This document shows, one piece after another, positions 26,775 to 39,179 of a stretch of 64,000 nucleotides of DNA. Made by a program: the position numbers and the translations under genes. The notes below the pieces were generated by a model, which saw only the letters and a list, made by a program, of their open reading frames with translations, was not told the origin of the DNA and ran no database searches. The first letter of the stretch is position 1. Every line of letters begins with the position of its first letter. The DNA is from Camelus ferus (Eukaryota), in the NCBI RefSeq assembly GCF_009834535.1, contig NC_045696.1, forward strand, positions 12,402,001 to 12,466,000, read 5' to 3'.

Positions 26775-27222
26775 TGTGAACTGTGAATGACCATGTGGCA
26801 CAAAGGACTTGCTCAAACACTGTGCTAAAAGAAATTCAGCCTGGCTTCCACCTGCTCTGGGCTATGATCCTAGTGGTAACCCTAACCCTAAGGCTGAGCC
26901 TCTGCTCAAGAAAACACAGCGCTGCCAAATTGCAAAAAATTTTATTGTCCCAACCCACCTTTCCAAACCATTTTCAGTAATTATCCACCTATCTTCTGTT
27001 ATTTTTCCACTTCCACATTGCCCTCTAGTCCCTCTCCACAACCCATTTTTCTTCTGCATGGTCCCTTTTTGTTCCCTCTCCATTCCCTTTAAAAATCTCT
27101 GTCAACTGTGTCTTAGCTGGAGTGGAACTCAGTCTGTACTGGAGTCTCTCTTCCCTACTGCAGTAGCCTGAATAGAATCTGTTTTGCCACATTTAACAAA
27201 CAGGCTCTGTTTTTCTTTAACA
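26775..27222 (+). mobile_element. ERV1-class solo LTR
   Basis: TG...CA termini, TTTAAAA TATA-like box, typical end CTCTCTTCCCTACTGCAGTAGCCTGAATAGAATCTG...TTTCTTTAACA; no clear TSD. Confidence 0.6.
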
Positions 27223-27359
27223 AGGGTACGTGAGTAAACGGGGGAAAAACCAAAGAAGGGCTTCATCATCCCCAACAAATACTTCACTAAGCCAAGCTCT
27301 ATCCCCCCTCCTATAAGGGAAGTGTATGTGAAGGCAAAATCATGTTTGAACTTGGTGTT

Positions 27360-27836
27360 TGTACCAGTTATCTATTGCTGCATAGCAAACCACCCCAAAA
27401 CTTAGTGGCTCAAAACAACAAAGCTTTTTTATAGTTTTCATAATTCCGTGGATTGGCTGGGCTCAGCTAGGTAGTTTGTTTGCTTCTTATGATATTACAG
27501 GATATTCAATGAAGTGTTGGACTGGGGTTGAATTTCTAAGATGGCTTTACTCTCAGTACCTGGTAACTCATCCAGTGTGAATAAAAATTCTAGGGGCTAT
27601 TGAAGCTCAAGCTCCTTTGCATGGTGCTGGATCCCAAGAGGTCAACAATACTCTTTAAAACCTAAGTATGAGGTCACCCAGGGTCATCTCTCTGTATTCT
27701 GTTGGTCAAAGCAAGTCACAGAGTCAGCCCAGATTCAGTAGGAAGGGGAATAGATTCCCCGTCCTGAGAAGGGAATGGTATATAACGAACAGACAGGGCT
27801 GGGACTGGCAGCCCTGTTTGCAAACATCCTACCACA
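27360..27836 (-). mobile_element. Old MaLR solo LTR (MLT1G/H/I-like)
   Basis: TGTACCAGTTATCTATTGCTGCATAGCAAACCACCCCAAAACTTAGTGGC...GGTCAAAGCAAGTCAC...CAGATTCA...CTACCACA. Confidence 0.75.
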
Positions 27837-29479
27837 AGAATTCACATATTTCCCACATATAAAACCCTCTCACCACCCCCTCCCCAAACACCTGTAAGAC
27901 CTCTCAGTATCTTCATTGCCTAGCATTATTACATGCTTATGGGAGAATCCTATACTTCGATGGAGGAGAAAATAAAGGACTGATACAAGTTTGGAGTTTG
28001 TGAAAGCTTTTATTTGGTGAGAGCAAAAAAGCAAGATTGCTGGGCAAACGTTGAACCAGCTCATTTGAGAGAACATGGGATGAGTCCAAGATGAGTAATG
28101 AAAGCTGTGAGGTGAAGAAAGAGCTGATAGACTTTAACATGTACCCCATTTGATATGATAAATCATCTCTTAAGTGGGGAAACATTTGGGGAAGGGCCTC
28201 CTTCCTTATCCCCTTCAATTACATCACTGGCCTTGGTCCTAATCCAAGGGAGTGACAGTTTCCAGTACAGTCATTCCCTGCAAGCTTCTGCTTGAAAAAT
28301 TAAAAAAAAAATTAAGAAGATAAAGTTCAGCATATGCCTTTCAAAAAGGCAACTGTACAAACTGCAATAATGCTTTCAGATGCTTGTTATGCCTCTAGCA
28401 TCTGTGTTTCACAGCTATTCAGAACATGTAATTATAGTTTCCAGCAATCTTTTTCCATTGGGTCAGGAAATTCACTATTTTATGAAAGAAAAAAAATCAA
28501 ACACATTTTATATATGTCATGCAAGGACATTGTAATAAACAAGATTTTTATATCTCATTGCAATATGCATCTCTGAGACAACTTATAAAAGAATAAAAGC
28601 TTAACAAGGTTGGCGTGAGATGGTCTCATCAGTCAATTTCCAAGGCAGGCGGTGTCGCCAAAACCTTCTGAAGCTAAGGGATTTGGGGGACAAAGGGGGA
28701 GGGTGAAGGGTTTATTTGCTGACACCAAAAAAGGAATACTTTTCATTTTCTTATTGTTTCAATACAGTAATATAGTGTGAAAGGGAAATATGTGGGAAAA
28801 AGAAAAAATAAACTCTCAGGAACTTCCAAGGAAAACCACCGGGAACATTTTGACCAATATCTCTAAACAGCTTTGGGCCACATTTTCTAGCCTTCTCTTT
28901 CCCCTCCTCTGCAGAACTCTCCTAACCAGACCAACAAAAGACCCTTCCTAAAATGTCACAAGGCTTGATTAGATTTTTCCCAAACCAAGGAAGAGAAATT
29001 GAAAGTTAACAGGAAAGGGATAAATAAAGGAGAGGGAAATAATAGATTAAATAAATAAATAAAAATAATTCACTTTCCATTTTGTTTACTTTTTTCTGTT
29101 ACTGTATTTGTAAAAAGAGGCAATTTAAAAGAATTTTCACTCATTTGAATCTAGTATTTCATTCTTAAGTCAAACCATGTATAAAGCCAGCTCAGGTATG
29201 AGGTCACACCCAATGAGCATCAAAAAACACTATTAAACTACCATAGATGGGTGACAAAGAAAAAAATGTTTGAAAAAATATATTTTTCAAGGTTTTCTTT
29301 TTTTTTTTTTTTTTTTGTCCTCAGGCTCTATCCCATGAGGGCTGTAGAAAACCAACTGCAGAGCAGAAACAACTGGGATTTAAAACCTAAATGCAGAAGT
29401 TCTCCTCTGTAGAATTCTGCAACACCTGGATACATTTTTATGTTCATTTATTTCATCTTACTTTCAATTTTTAGAATTT

Positions 29480-30530
29480 TAATTGATTCAGAACCAACTT
29501 TTTAACTGAACTTTGTTTTATAATTATGCAAACTATTTACATGACCCAAAAATTGTATCTGTGAAATGAGATGTATTCAAAGAAGCCTAATTTCCATCTC
29601 CTCCAATCTCCAATATAACTTCTTAAATTTTATGGCTTAACCTTTATTTTTTAAATATAAGCAGATATACATATGCATTGGTATCTCCCAGTTTATTAGA
29701 TAAACTGCAGCATATTACAAAATTGATTTCATCTCATAGTCTCAATTATCCAAACAATTTCTCCAGAGTAGAGTATGAAGATTACGTAGAAAATTTTCTC
29801 TGATTTTCCTCAGGGCAGCCTATATACAATATCTTTATATAATTCCATTAGGTTCCATTTTTTTATCAGTATCAACCAATTTTCTACTTTGAGCCATATG
29901 AATAGAATACATGCAAACCATGTATATTTTGGCTACAAATTTCCTATTGCATATTATATTAAAATTAACTAGTAGATTCTTCTTTCTTTTCTTCTGCTAT
30001 CTTGCATTTGGTTTGAAGCATTATCTTTTGCTTTCAGTTATTAACAATAGATGAATAAGCTGTATTCTGTATTTTATATGCCTTTCTCATTCTGCCTCCA
30101 TTTTTTATTTCTGTACTATGTCTACATTGCCAGAGGATATAGCCATTACATATGTATGCTTTCCTGTTACAGTCATCATTTTGTCTGAATTGTACAGGTC
30201 AGTGTATATTTCAAGCTCACAACTAATTCTGTTTTCAACACCTTTCCAGTCATTTGAGTGTCTGACAATCTCTCTCTAGTATATTCCTCAGGAACAGCTC
30301 ATGAAAACAATAAATTCTGAGTTCTCACATGCTCAAGGCAGTTTGTCTACAGCCTTTATATTTAAAAGGCAGTTTAGCTGAACATAAAGACTTTGGCTCA
30401 TATTATTTTTCTCAAATATCATGATAGTGTTACTCCACAGCCTTCTGGCATAAAGCATTGACGTAAGCAAGTCAGATGACAGTCTGATGCTATTTGCATG
30501 ATTAATTTGTCTTACAAGAATTTATTTTGA
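29480..30530 (-). mobile_element. HAL1 (half-L1)/old L1 remnant
   Basis: 30270-30490 resembles antisense HAL1 (TTCCTCAGGAACAGCTCATG...CTGAGTTCT...TTACTCCACAGCCTTCTGGCATAAAGC); left boundary uncertain. Confidence 0.55.
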
Positions 30531-30549
30531 TATTGCTAAATCTGGGCCT

Positions 30550-30940
30550 TGTATCAATTTTCTGTTGCTGGGTGAAAAATTACCAGAAATACAGTGGCTT
30601 AAGTTTATTAAATATAGCAACACAAATGTGTTATCTCTCATTGTTCATGGATCAGGAGTCTGGGCTCAGGTTTTTAGGATCCTCTGTTTGCAGCCTCACT
30701 AGGACGATGTCAAGGAGTTATCAGGGGCTGTGATCTGTTCTGAGGCTCCTGGTCTTCTTTCAAGCCCATTGGTTGTTGGAAGAATTCAGATCCATACAGC
30801 TAAAGGACTAAGATCTCTGCTTTCTTGCTGGTTGTCAGTTGAGGGACGCTCTCATCTCCAAGAAACCATCCATGATTCCCTGCCATGTGGCTCTCTCCAG
30901 AATACGGAAGTTTGCCCTTTCAAGGCCAACAGAATAGCCT
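30550..30940 (-). mobile_element. MaLR LTR (MLT1E-like), partial
   Basis: TGTATCAATTTTCTGTTGCTG...TCAGGAGTCTGGG...GTTGTTGGAAGAATTCAG...CTTTCTTGCTGGTTGTCAG...TTCAAGGCCAAC. Confidence 0.7.
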
Positions 30941-31140
30941 TGTTTTAAAAGACTCTATAAACATGCATTTTTTTCTGAAGATTTTTAGAAGTCACCCTTT
31001 CTGTGTATTACTTGTTGAATTATATATTTATCCTACATTTAATTTTTTAAAGGAATTGTAATAGTATAAAAAATATGTAGCATAAAAAATAAAGTGAGGA
31101 AACTGAGGCAAAGATAAAACAAGCATAGAAGGAATAATGA

Positions 31141-31537
31141 TTTATTAGCAGGGTTCTCCAGAGAAACAGAACCAATTGGGTGTGTATATAAGTAGAAAGA
31201 GATTTATTTTAAGGAATTGGTTCACAAGATTATAGAAACTGGCATATCCAAAATCTGCAGGGTAGGCCAGCACATTGGAGGCCCAAGAAGAGCCAGTATT
31301 ATAGTTCAAGCCCAAAAGCCACCTGCTAGCAAAGTCTTTTCTATTCAGGCCTTCAACTGATTGAATGAAACCCACCCATACTGTGAAGGACAATCTGCTT
31401 TAATCAAAGCTCACCAATTTAAGTATCAATTTCATCAAATAAAAAAAAAATCCTCACAGAAACATCCAGAGCAATATTTGACCACATATCTGGGCTCTGT
31501 TATCGAGTCAAGTTGACACATAAAATTAACCATCACA
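31141..31537 (-). mobile_element. ERVL solo LTR (MLT2B-like)
   Basis: CAGGGTTCTCCAGAGAAACAGAACCAAT...AAGTTGACACATAAAATTAACCATCACA; near-perfect 5-bp TSD AATGA/AATGG. Confidence 0.85.
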
Positions 31538-33366
31538 AATGGTCAAGGTTAAAGTTACACCACAAACTGCATAATGTGAAATCTTATTTAAGTAGCTGGT
31601 CTACAATTATATTATAAGTTTCCTAGCTAACAAGTAAGGGAATTAAATAGATGTTCCCTCAGAAAAAAACTTTTTTCTAACAGAGAAACCTAAGAGAAAT
31701 CTCTCCTCTGTGTCCTCACAAACATGGAAGTATGTGGTACAGTAAGCAACCTCCCAGTTGGCCTCCCTAGACAATCCAATGACGTAGTTCCAACACATAA
31801 TTTCCATAAAAGGAATTTTATGTGCAAACTGAAAATGTGGTTTAATTCATCATCATCTAAGGATAGAATCTGAAATATTTCCAGAAGCACATAGATTACA
31901 AATTTTTTAGTCAATTCTCTATGAATACTGTTACCCCAAGCTCTTTTCTGATTAAAAAAAAATGCATAGCAGGGATTTTAAATTATATTCTCTGGCTCAT
32001 GTTAAAGATCACATAGCATGTAGGCAACAGCTAGCAGATTGTTATACATTGACAGGCCCATAGGGAGACTGACATCCTCTTTATCAAAATGAGAAGCCTA
32101 GTCAAGACTCAGGCTTGAATAGGCTCTTATCCAACTGCTGCATGGAGTTTATCTAATGTAGTGACTCTGAGCAGACCCAAGATTTTTCTTAGTTCTCAGC
32201 TGCAACTGAGGCCCCAAAGTCATCCATTATAGACCATGGTGATAAGTATTTTAACATGGAAAATTTGTGAACAGTGTTACAGATGACCACAATATCCACT
32301 TATAATGTCAGTAAAGCATCTGAAGACCAATGACCACTAAATCCAGAATTAAGCTATGTTTGTCTTATAGTGAATTCAAAAAGGCTTAAATTATAGATTT
32401 TCTCCAGCTCTACTAAGAAGCCAGGGCTTATGAAACACTGATCACTTTGATTGGTCTAAGGTTGAAAATTGTTGAGATATCATTAAAGATTTACCATAAA
32501 TTTCATAAATGATAGGAAAGGAAAATGAAACCAAGAGAAAGATGTTAGATCTGGAGAACACAACAGGACCAAGAAATTGACAATCATGGTAAGAGCTGAA
32601 GGACAGGCAGGAAGGGAGAAAATTAGAATGATAAGATAAAGGGTCCTTGTGTTAAAATAGGAAAATTCCAGCTTCCAACTTCATAAAGATCCAATTCCAC
32701 TTAAAATTTCCAAGGTGTAACATTAATTACTGCTGTAGAAAGAAGAAAAGTTTTTAGGATAGAGAAGGTTAGGAACTGTAAGCCTAGAGTTGCCAAAGAC
32801 TTAATGTCCATTAAGCCAACATATGCTCACCTTTCAAAAAACTATAAGATGAATTTAAGTAATTTGCTAATTGCTATTTCCTTTTATGTAAGATGCTTAA
32901 TTGGACTAATGGGTTGGGAAACAATAGCTAGAAAATGAAGTGACAATTGGTTCATAACTAGTTCATTTTGTCAAGTTAATTGTTACAGATTTTGTCATCA
33001 ATAATGATGACTAATGATTAAAAAGGGAGATAAAGGAAGATTAAGTGAAGAAAAATGAGAACTTGGATTTATAGTGTGGTCCAGTTGACTTGTTTTGAAA
33101 ACACTGACACTCTGGTAGTTTTAAATGGAAAAGACTAGTGGTGGAGAAAGTAGTTAAAATTTCACAGAAAATCACTTCCAACAAAAACAGCATTTTTGAT
33201 TGCTCATCTTCTAAATGAACATTTTGTTTACAGTCATAATTTTCAATAGATGATGATTTTTTAATCTTTCCATTGTGGTTACTAATGCATCTAAGTGCTT
33301 TGTACATTCTTCTCCAAGGTTGTGTATAAAAGGTCAATGGACCAATAAATCACCTTTTTAACACAC

Positions 33367-33810
33367 TGTTTTTGGTTGAATTGTGTCCTGCAGGAACCCA
33401 TATGTTGGGATACTGGCCCCCAGTGCCACAGAATGTGACTTCGCATGGAGTTAGAGTTGTTGCAGATGCAATTGGTTAATGTAAGGTCATACTGGAGTGA
33501 AGTCGCCTTTAACCCAATACAATTGGGGAAATTTGGACACAGACATACATATAGAGAGAATACCACATGAAGGCAGAGACTGGGGTGATATGCCTACAAT
33601 CCAAGGAATATTAAAGATTGTCTACCAACCCCAAGAAACTAGGAGAGAGGCCCAGAACAAATCCTTCCTCAGAGCCCTCAGAGAGAAGCAACCCTGCGAA
33701 CACCTTGATCTTGGATTTCTAGCCTCCAGAACTGTGAAGCAACAAATTTCCATTCTTTAAGCCACCTAGTACATGCTACTTTGTTACCGTAGCCCTAGCA
33801 AACTAATACA
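33367..33810 (+). mobile_element. MaLR solo LTR (MLT1C-like)
   Basis: TG...GCCCTAGCAAACTAATACA with perfect 5-bp TSD CACAC (33362-33366 and 33811-33815). Confidence 0.85.
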
Positions 33811-34669
33811 CACACTACTGGGTAAATATTTTAGACATGCATAGGGTGGATTAAAAATTTGTTCATGAGGTTAGCACCTATAAGTTAAATCAAATCCCTG
33901 AACTAAATAAGATTTAACAGACAAGGGCAAGGACACTTCTCTATTCTTCAAGGACACGTGGCAAAAAAAAAAAATTGCTAGCACAAAGACTGATGATCTT
34001 GTGTGCTTTTTCTCTGATCAGACTTCAAGCACCTTCATTTGCTCCTGTTTATTCCAAGACCAGATAAAAGAGAGATATGTTGCCCTTAATCAGAGAATTG
34101 TATTCTATCCAACGAAGTAATATACTGCTGAGCTTCCCATTAGAATGTTGCTATTGTACCATTTAGCTAAAATTCTTTACATCTGTTGTCCGCCTCTTCC
34201 CTGAGAGATTACTGAAAGGAACAAGCAACTGCCCCCTAGCAGGTGGTGGAAGACAAGGGACTAACAGACATTACTATTCCTATTTTATAAATAAGAAAAC
34301 CAACACTTAATAAGAAAATATTCTGCTCCCACCCTTCGAACTAGTAAATGAAAAGCCAGTATCTAAGCCCAGAAATTACGCCAGTCCTGTGTTCATAACC
34401 GTGCAATATGCTGTCTCCCAAAACTTACTCACTGGCATCAGATGATGATAGTGTTTGAAGAAAGCATTTCAATCTGATTTTTTTTAACTTAAAAAATAAC
34501 TCATGAATAAGCCAAATAATACTCAGTCATATAAAGAAAAAAAAATAATGTTACCTATTTCCACCTTCTTGCTTATAACTCCATTCCCTTGATGTAACTA
34601 ATGTCAACAATGTGGAGTTTATCTTTCCACAGGTTTATCAACATTCATGCAAATATATCCCAAAAAAGC

Positions 34670-36670
34670 ACAGAGGAACAAAACCACAACTGACTGCCAA
34701 ACAACCATTGCTGAAGGGGAAGACTGGAACTTAACAGAAAAGATCTTTTTCAACTGGAAACATAAGAGAGAACCATAGCTGGATGGTAGGAGGGGCATGG
34801 TCACTATATAATCGGGCCCCATACTCCCTGGGTGGGTGACCCACAAGCTAAAGAACAATTAAGTTGCAGAGGTCCTCCCACAGGAGTGAGAGTTCTAAGC
34901 CCCACATCAGGCTCCCCAGCCAGCCCCAGGCTGTGGCATTGGGAAGAGGAGGAGACTCCAGAATATCTGGTTTTGGAGGCCACTGGGGCTTAATTTCAGG
35001 ATCCCCGCAGGACTGGGGGAAACAGAGATTTCATTCTCTTGGGAAGCTTACACAGAATCCCAGGTGTGCCAATTCCAAGGGCAGAGGCAGTGATTTCATA
35101 GAAACCTGGGCCAGACCTGCCTGCTGGTTTTGGAGGATCTCCTGGGAAGGTAGGGCACAGCTGCGGCTCACCCAGGGGACATAAAAGCTATTGGCAAGAA
35201 TTATGGGAGCTTTCATCCACATGAGCTTTCCTGGAGGCTGACGTCTTGATTGGATTATTAGCGCCAAGACTTAGCCCCACCCACCAGCCTGCAGGCTTAA
35301 AGGCTGGGGAGCCTCAGGCCAAGCAGCATACAGAGTGGGAACACAGCTCCATCTTTCAGCAGACTTCCTGAGCCACAAAGGCCTCTAGCCACGGCCCTAC
35401 CTACCAGAGGTCCAGGACCAAGCTTCACCCAGCAGTGGGCAGGCACTGGCTCCTCCTGCCAGGAAACCTGCATAAGCCTCTAGCCCAGCCTCATCCACCA
35501 AGGGGCAGGTATCAGAAATAAGAAAACAACAATCCCAAAGCCTGTGGAAAGAATCCATAAACCCAGGCCAGACTCTACACTGGGACTAGCTGGACACTGG
35601 CCCTTGGGTGACAAAAGAGACGTATACTGCTGGGACTCATAGCATATCTCCCATGGAGCGCCACTTCTCCAAGGTCAAGGAACATAACTAATCTACCTAA
35701 AATACAAATAGAAAGATAGACAATATGAGGCAGCAGAGGAATACCTCCCAGGCCAAGGCACAAGATAAAATCTCAGAAGAAAGAAGTGATGAAGAGATAG
35801 GCAATTTGTCTGAGAAAGAGTTTAAAGTAATGATGACAAAGATGTTCAGAGACCTCAAGAGGAGTATAAGTGCACAGAATGAAGTTTTTAGCAAACAGTT
35901 GGACAATATAAAGAATACCCAAAAAGAGTTTAAGAATAAAGTCACTGAAATGAATAACACACTAGAAGGAAACAAGAATAGACTAAATGAGGCAGAAGAA
36001 CAGATCAGCGAGCTGGAAGACAGATGAGTGGAAATCACAACTGCAGAACAGAAAAAAGCAAAAAAGAGTGAAAAGTAATGAAGATAGTTTAAGAGAAGTC
36101 TGGGACAATATGAAGCACAGTAATATTCACATTATAGGGGTCCCAGAAAGAGAAGAGAGAGAAAGGACCTGAGAAAATTTTTGAAGAGATAATAACTGAA
36201 AACTTTCCTAACTTGGGAAAGGAAACAGTCAGTCACTCAAGTCCAGGAAGTGCAGAGTATCACATTAGGATCAACCCAAGAGGAACACACCAAGGCACAT
36301 AGCAACCAAACTGACAAAAATTAAGGATAAGGAGAAAATACTGAAATTAGCAAGAGAAAAGCAACAAATAACATATAAGGGAACTTCCATATCAGCTGCC
36401 TTTTCAGCAGAAACTCTACAGGCCAGAGAGGAATGGCATGATATATTTAAAGTGATGAAAGGGAGAAACTTACAACCAAGAACACTCTACCCAGCAAGGC
36501 TTTCATTCAGAATTGATGTAGAAATAAAAAGCTTCACAGGTAAACAAAAGCTGAAAGATTTCAGCACCACCAGACCAGCTTTACAAAAAATGTTAAAGGA
36601 CCTTCTCTAGTTATCAAATCGTAAGAAAAGTGAACAAAAAGAAGAAAGAGGGAAAAAAAAGATCTACAAA
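34670..36670 (+). mobile_element. L1 5'UTR plus disrupted ORF1, 3'-truncated
   Basis: GC-rich L1 5'UTR; ORF1 from ATG 35725 (MRQQRNTSQAK...EQISELEDR*) with premature stop at 36025-36027 and frameshifts; ORF1 homology to ~36610. Confidence 0.9.
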
Positions 36671-36973
36671 AGATTGCTTTGGCAATTTGGGATCTTTTAT
36701 GGTTCCATACAAATTTTGGAATTGTTTGTCTAGTTCTGTGAAAATTTCATGAGCATTTTGACAGGGGTTGCATTCTGTCTGTAGATTGCTTTGGGTAGTA
36801 CCAGCATTTTGATAATGTTGATTCTTCCAATCCAAGAGCACAAGATGTCTTTGCGTTTCTTTGTATCATCTTCAATTTCCTTCATCAGCATTTTACAGTT
36901 TTCAGAGTATAGGTAACCTCCTTGGTTAAGTTTATTTCTAGGTTTTGTTTGTTTGTTTGTTTTGATGCAATCG
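36671..36973 (-). mobile_element. Inverted L1 ORF2 internal fragment (post-RT region)
   Basis: Minus translation LYSENCKMLMKEIEDDTKKRKDILCSWIGRINIIKMLVLPKAIYR is L1 ORF2. Confidence 0.9.
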
Positions 36974-37051
36974 AAATGTTTATGCCAGTTATGAAATTCC
37001 GGCTTTTGAAGTGAAAAAAAAATTGAATGAAGGGCCACAAATGGAGAAATA

Positions 37052-37052
<1 letters not shown>

Positions 37053-37098
<46 letters not shown>
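37053..37098. repeat. (CA)n microsatellite
   Basis: Perfect run of ~23 units. Confidence 0.95.
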
Positions 37099-37100
<2 letters not shown>

Positions 37101-37399
37101 GAGTTTAGGATATCATAAATAATCTTTGTACAGACAGAAACTGTAAAATGAACTTAGGTTCTAATCAAAGGATGTCTTTCTCTGTTAACCTAACCTAAAT
37201 CAGCTTCCTCCTTGTTTTATAGTCTATGTTTTCTCAATTTGTATTTTTTAATATTTTGCGTGTCTTACTGTAGTAATAATTGGTCTTACAATTTTTTTAT
37301 ATCTCTTCTGGTCTTCTTAACTAGATTGCAAGCTTTTTAGACACTGAAAGCAGGGAGTACAAATATGACTATTAATGAAAAGCAAACACATTTTACCAA

Positions 37400-38465
37400 C
37401 ACATTCCTCAAAGCATTCCCATTCACACTCCCTCCTTCAAGCCTCAAGGACATTCATGTTATGTGTATCTTTTATACACATGTACATGTCAGGGAAACAC
37501 ACACACCAAGACACACTTCTGATTTTGACACATTTTTTTCTTCCTTTTTCCACCTTAGACAATAGAATTACTTGTGAATTTAAGATCTTCAATTATTGCA
37601 GGTCACTAGTTGACTATTAAAAGCATTCCATAATGAAGGCCACGAAAAAGCAGTAACATTTTAGATTAAAAACTTTACCAATTTCAAGGCACACAGACTC
37701 AATGTCACAAAAATGGTTCCATATTTGACAACCACACAAGTGAAACACTTACATTTCAATCCAGTCTTTGCAAGAATACAATGAATCTGCACAATAAAGT
37801 GTTCTTTTATCTTATTTATGTTAGAAAATAGCACAGAGAGTAAATAAAAGTGATGCAAAACTCTACGTTCAAGGCTCTACAATACATGAGTTTGAGGGAT
37901 ACTGGAAGACACCAAAAACACAGCAACAACAAACAGTAGGACACTGCAGTTTCCAAATTCCAATACTCAGAACAGCCTCTATATGAGTATCAGAAAAGTC
38001 CAAAGTACACATGATGCATCGATGGTCATTGTTTACAAACAGAAATTAGACCAAAGAAAACAAAAACTTACCAGCTGACACCAGCTCAACAAGAATGCTT
38101 AAGATATTAAGTGTAGTTTGAAGATCTTTCATATTCTGAAATAAGTTTTATTATTAAACCACTTTTTTAAAAAGTGCACTGTTAAAAAAACACACAGAGG
38201 AGTTTTTATTCCTATATTTTGTAAAAAATAAGATGCTACTCTTTATATTGGCCATCCTTTCAGGTATTTTTATAGCTATATAATGATACATAGATAGACA
38301 TTTACATGTACATATACATATGGATACATTTATTTTATGCAACTATACCTTATTGCTGGGTTTTCAGGCTGCTTCCAATATTTTGCCACTATCAATGTTA
38401 CAATGAATATTCTTCTATATATCCATATATGCTAGTGTTTGCATAGGATTTAAAAGACAGAAGTG
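37400..38465 (-). mobile_element. Old L1ME-like 3' remnant split in two (~37400-37564 and ~38245-38465) by a foreign insert
   Basis: Left ends TTTTTCCACCTTAGACAATA; right continues TATTGGCCATCCTTTC...TTCAGGCTGCTTCCAATATTTTGCCACTAT...CAATGAATATTCTT, colinear with antisense L1ME 3' sequence as recalled. Confidence 0.45.
38072..38135 (-). pseudogene. AGTPBP1: Isolated copy of an internal AGTPBP1 (CCP1/Nna1) coding exon, 64 nt, splice sites intact
   Basis: Minus strand: cttatttcag|AATATGAAAGATCTTCAAACTACACTTAATATCTTAAGCATTCTTGTTGAGCTGGTGTCAGCTG|gtaagt = [21 protein letters not shown](G). Human AGTPBP1 as recalled reads ..[28 protein letters not shown].. (one difference, T to M). No other AGTPBP1 exon was found by eye. 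Confidence 0.85.
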
Positions 38466-38999
38466 AGGTAGCAACCACATTTCTCTGTCCTGCCATGGTT
38501 GGAGATGAACATGGGATGCCTAAGCACATACAAACCTTCTACCTGGCAACTAATCCTGGTGGCAGCATTCAGTATTCAAGCCTGCACAATCTCCTGCTCC
38601 TACTGCAGATTCCTCTTCAGTATTGCAGCTCTGACTCCTGGGCCAGGTGAATCACAAAGGGCACCAGCTTCTTCCATAGGACCGCCCCCCACCCCGGTAT
38701 CAAAGTAGGAGGCCCAGAGGCGGTAAGAGACTGATGCAGGTTCCAGTTCATCTGGATGTGTCCACTTATCTCATAGGGCCCAGTGTGTCCTCATCGGCTC
38801 TGGCTCAGCCTCTCAGTTTCCAGCCTGCCCATGCCTCCCTTCTTGAATGGCTGCTTTGATGAATGAGGTTGCAGCACCAGGTATGGAAGAAAGAGTCTCC
38901 CGTGTGCTTGTTGAACCAGCTCCCCACTCTGTGTAAGGTTAAATCTCTATGGGAAATCCCTATTGGGTCTGCTTCATTTGTTAAGCCCCAATGGATATA
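38465..38999 (+). mobile_element. Old ERVL-class LTR (LTR40/41-like)
   Basis: 3' end CCAGCTCCCCACTCTGTGTAAGGTTAAATCTCTAT...AAATCCCT...GGTCTGCTTC resembles this group. Confidence 0.5.
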
Positions 39000-39179
39000 A
39001 CATGTGTAGGTTTTATAGACCTCTTTGTCATTTTACAAAGCTTGAATACATAGTCCAACTCTCTTTAGCACCTGCGACAACAGGTCAGAAGTTTTAGAGT
39101 TCTACCAACCTAAGGCCCTATTGTTCAGTTTCAATATTAAGCTAGAGAAAGCATGTGGACAAAAATGGGCAATTTAAAG

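Noticed and set aside
26877..26891. Telomere-like TAACCCTAACCCTAA
   Set aside because: Only 2.5 units, inside an LTR.
35725..36027. 100-aa coiled-coil ORF
   Set aside because: L1 ORF1 remnant ending in a premature stop.
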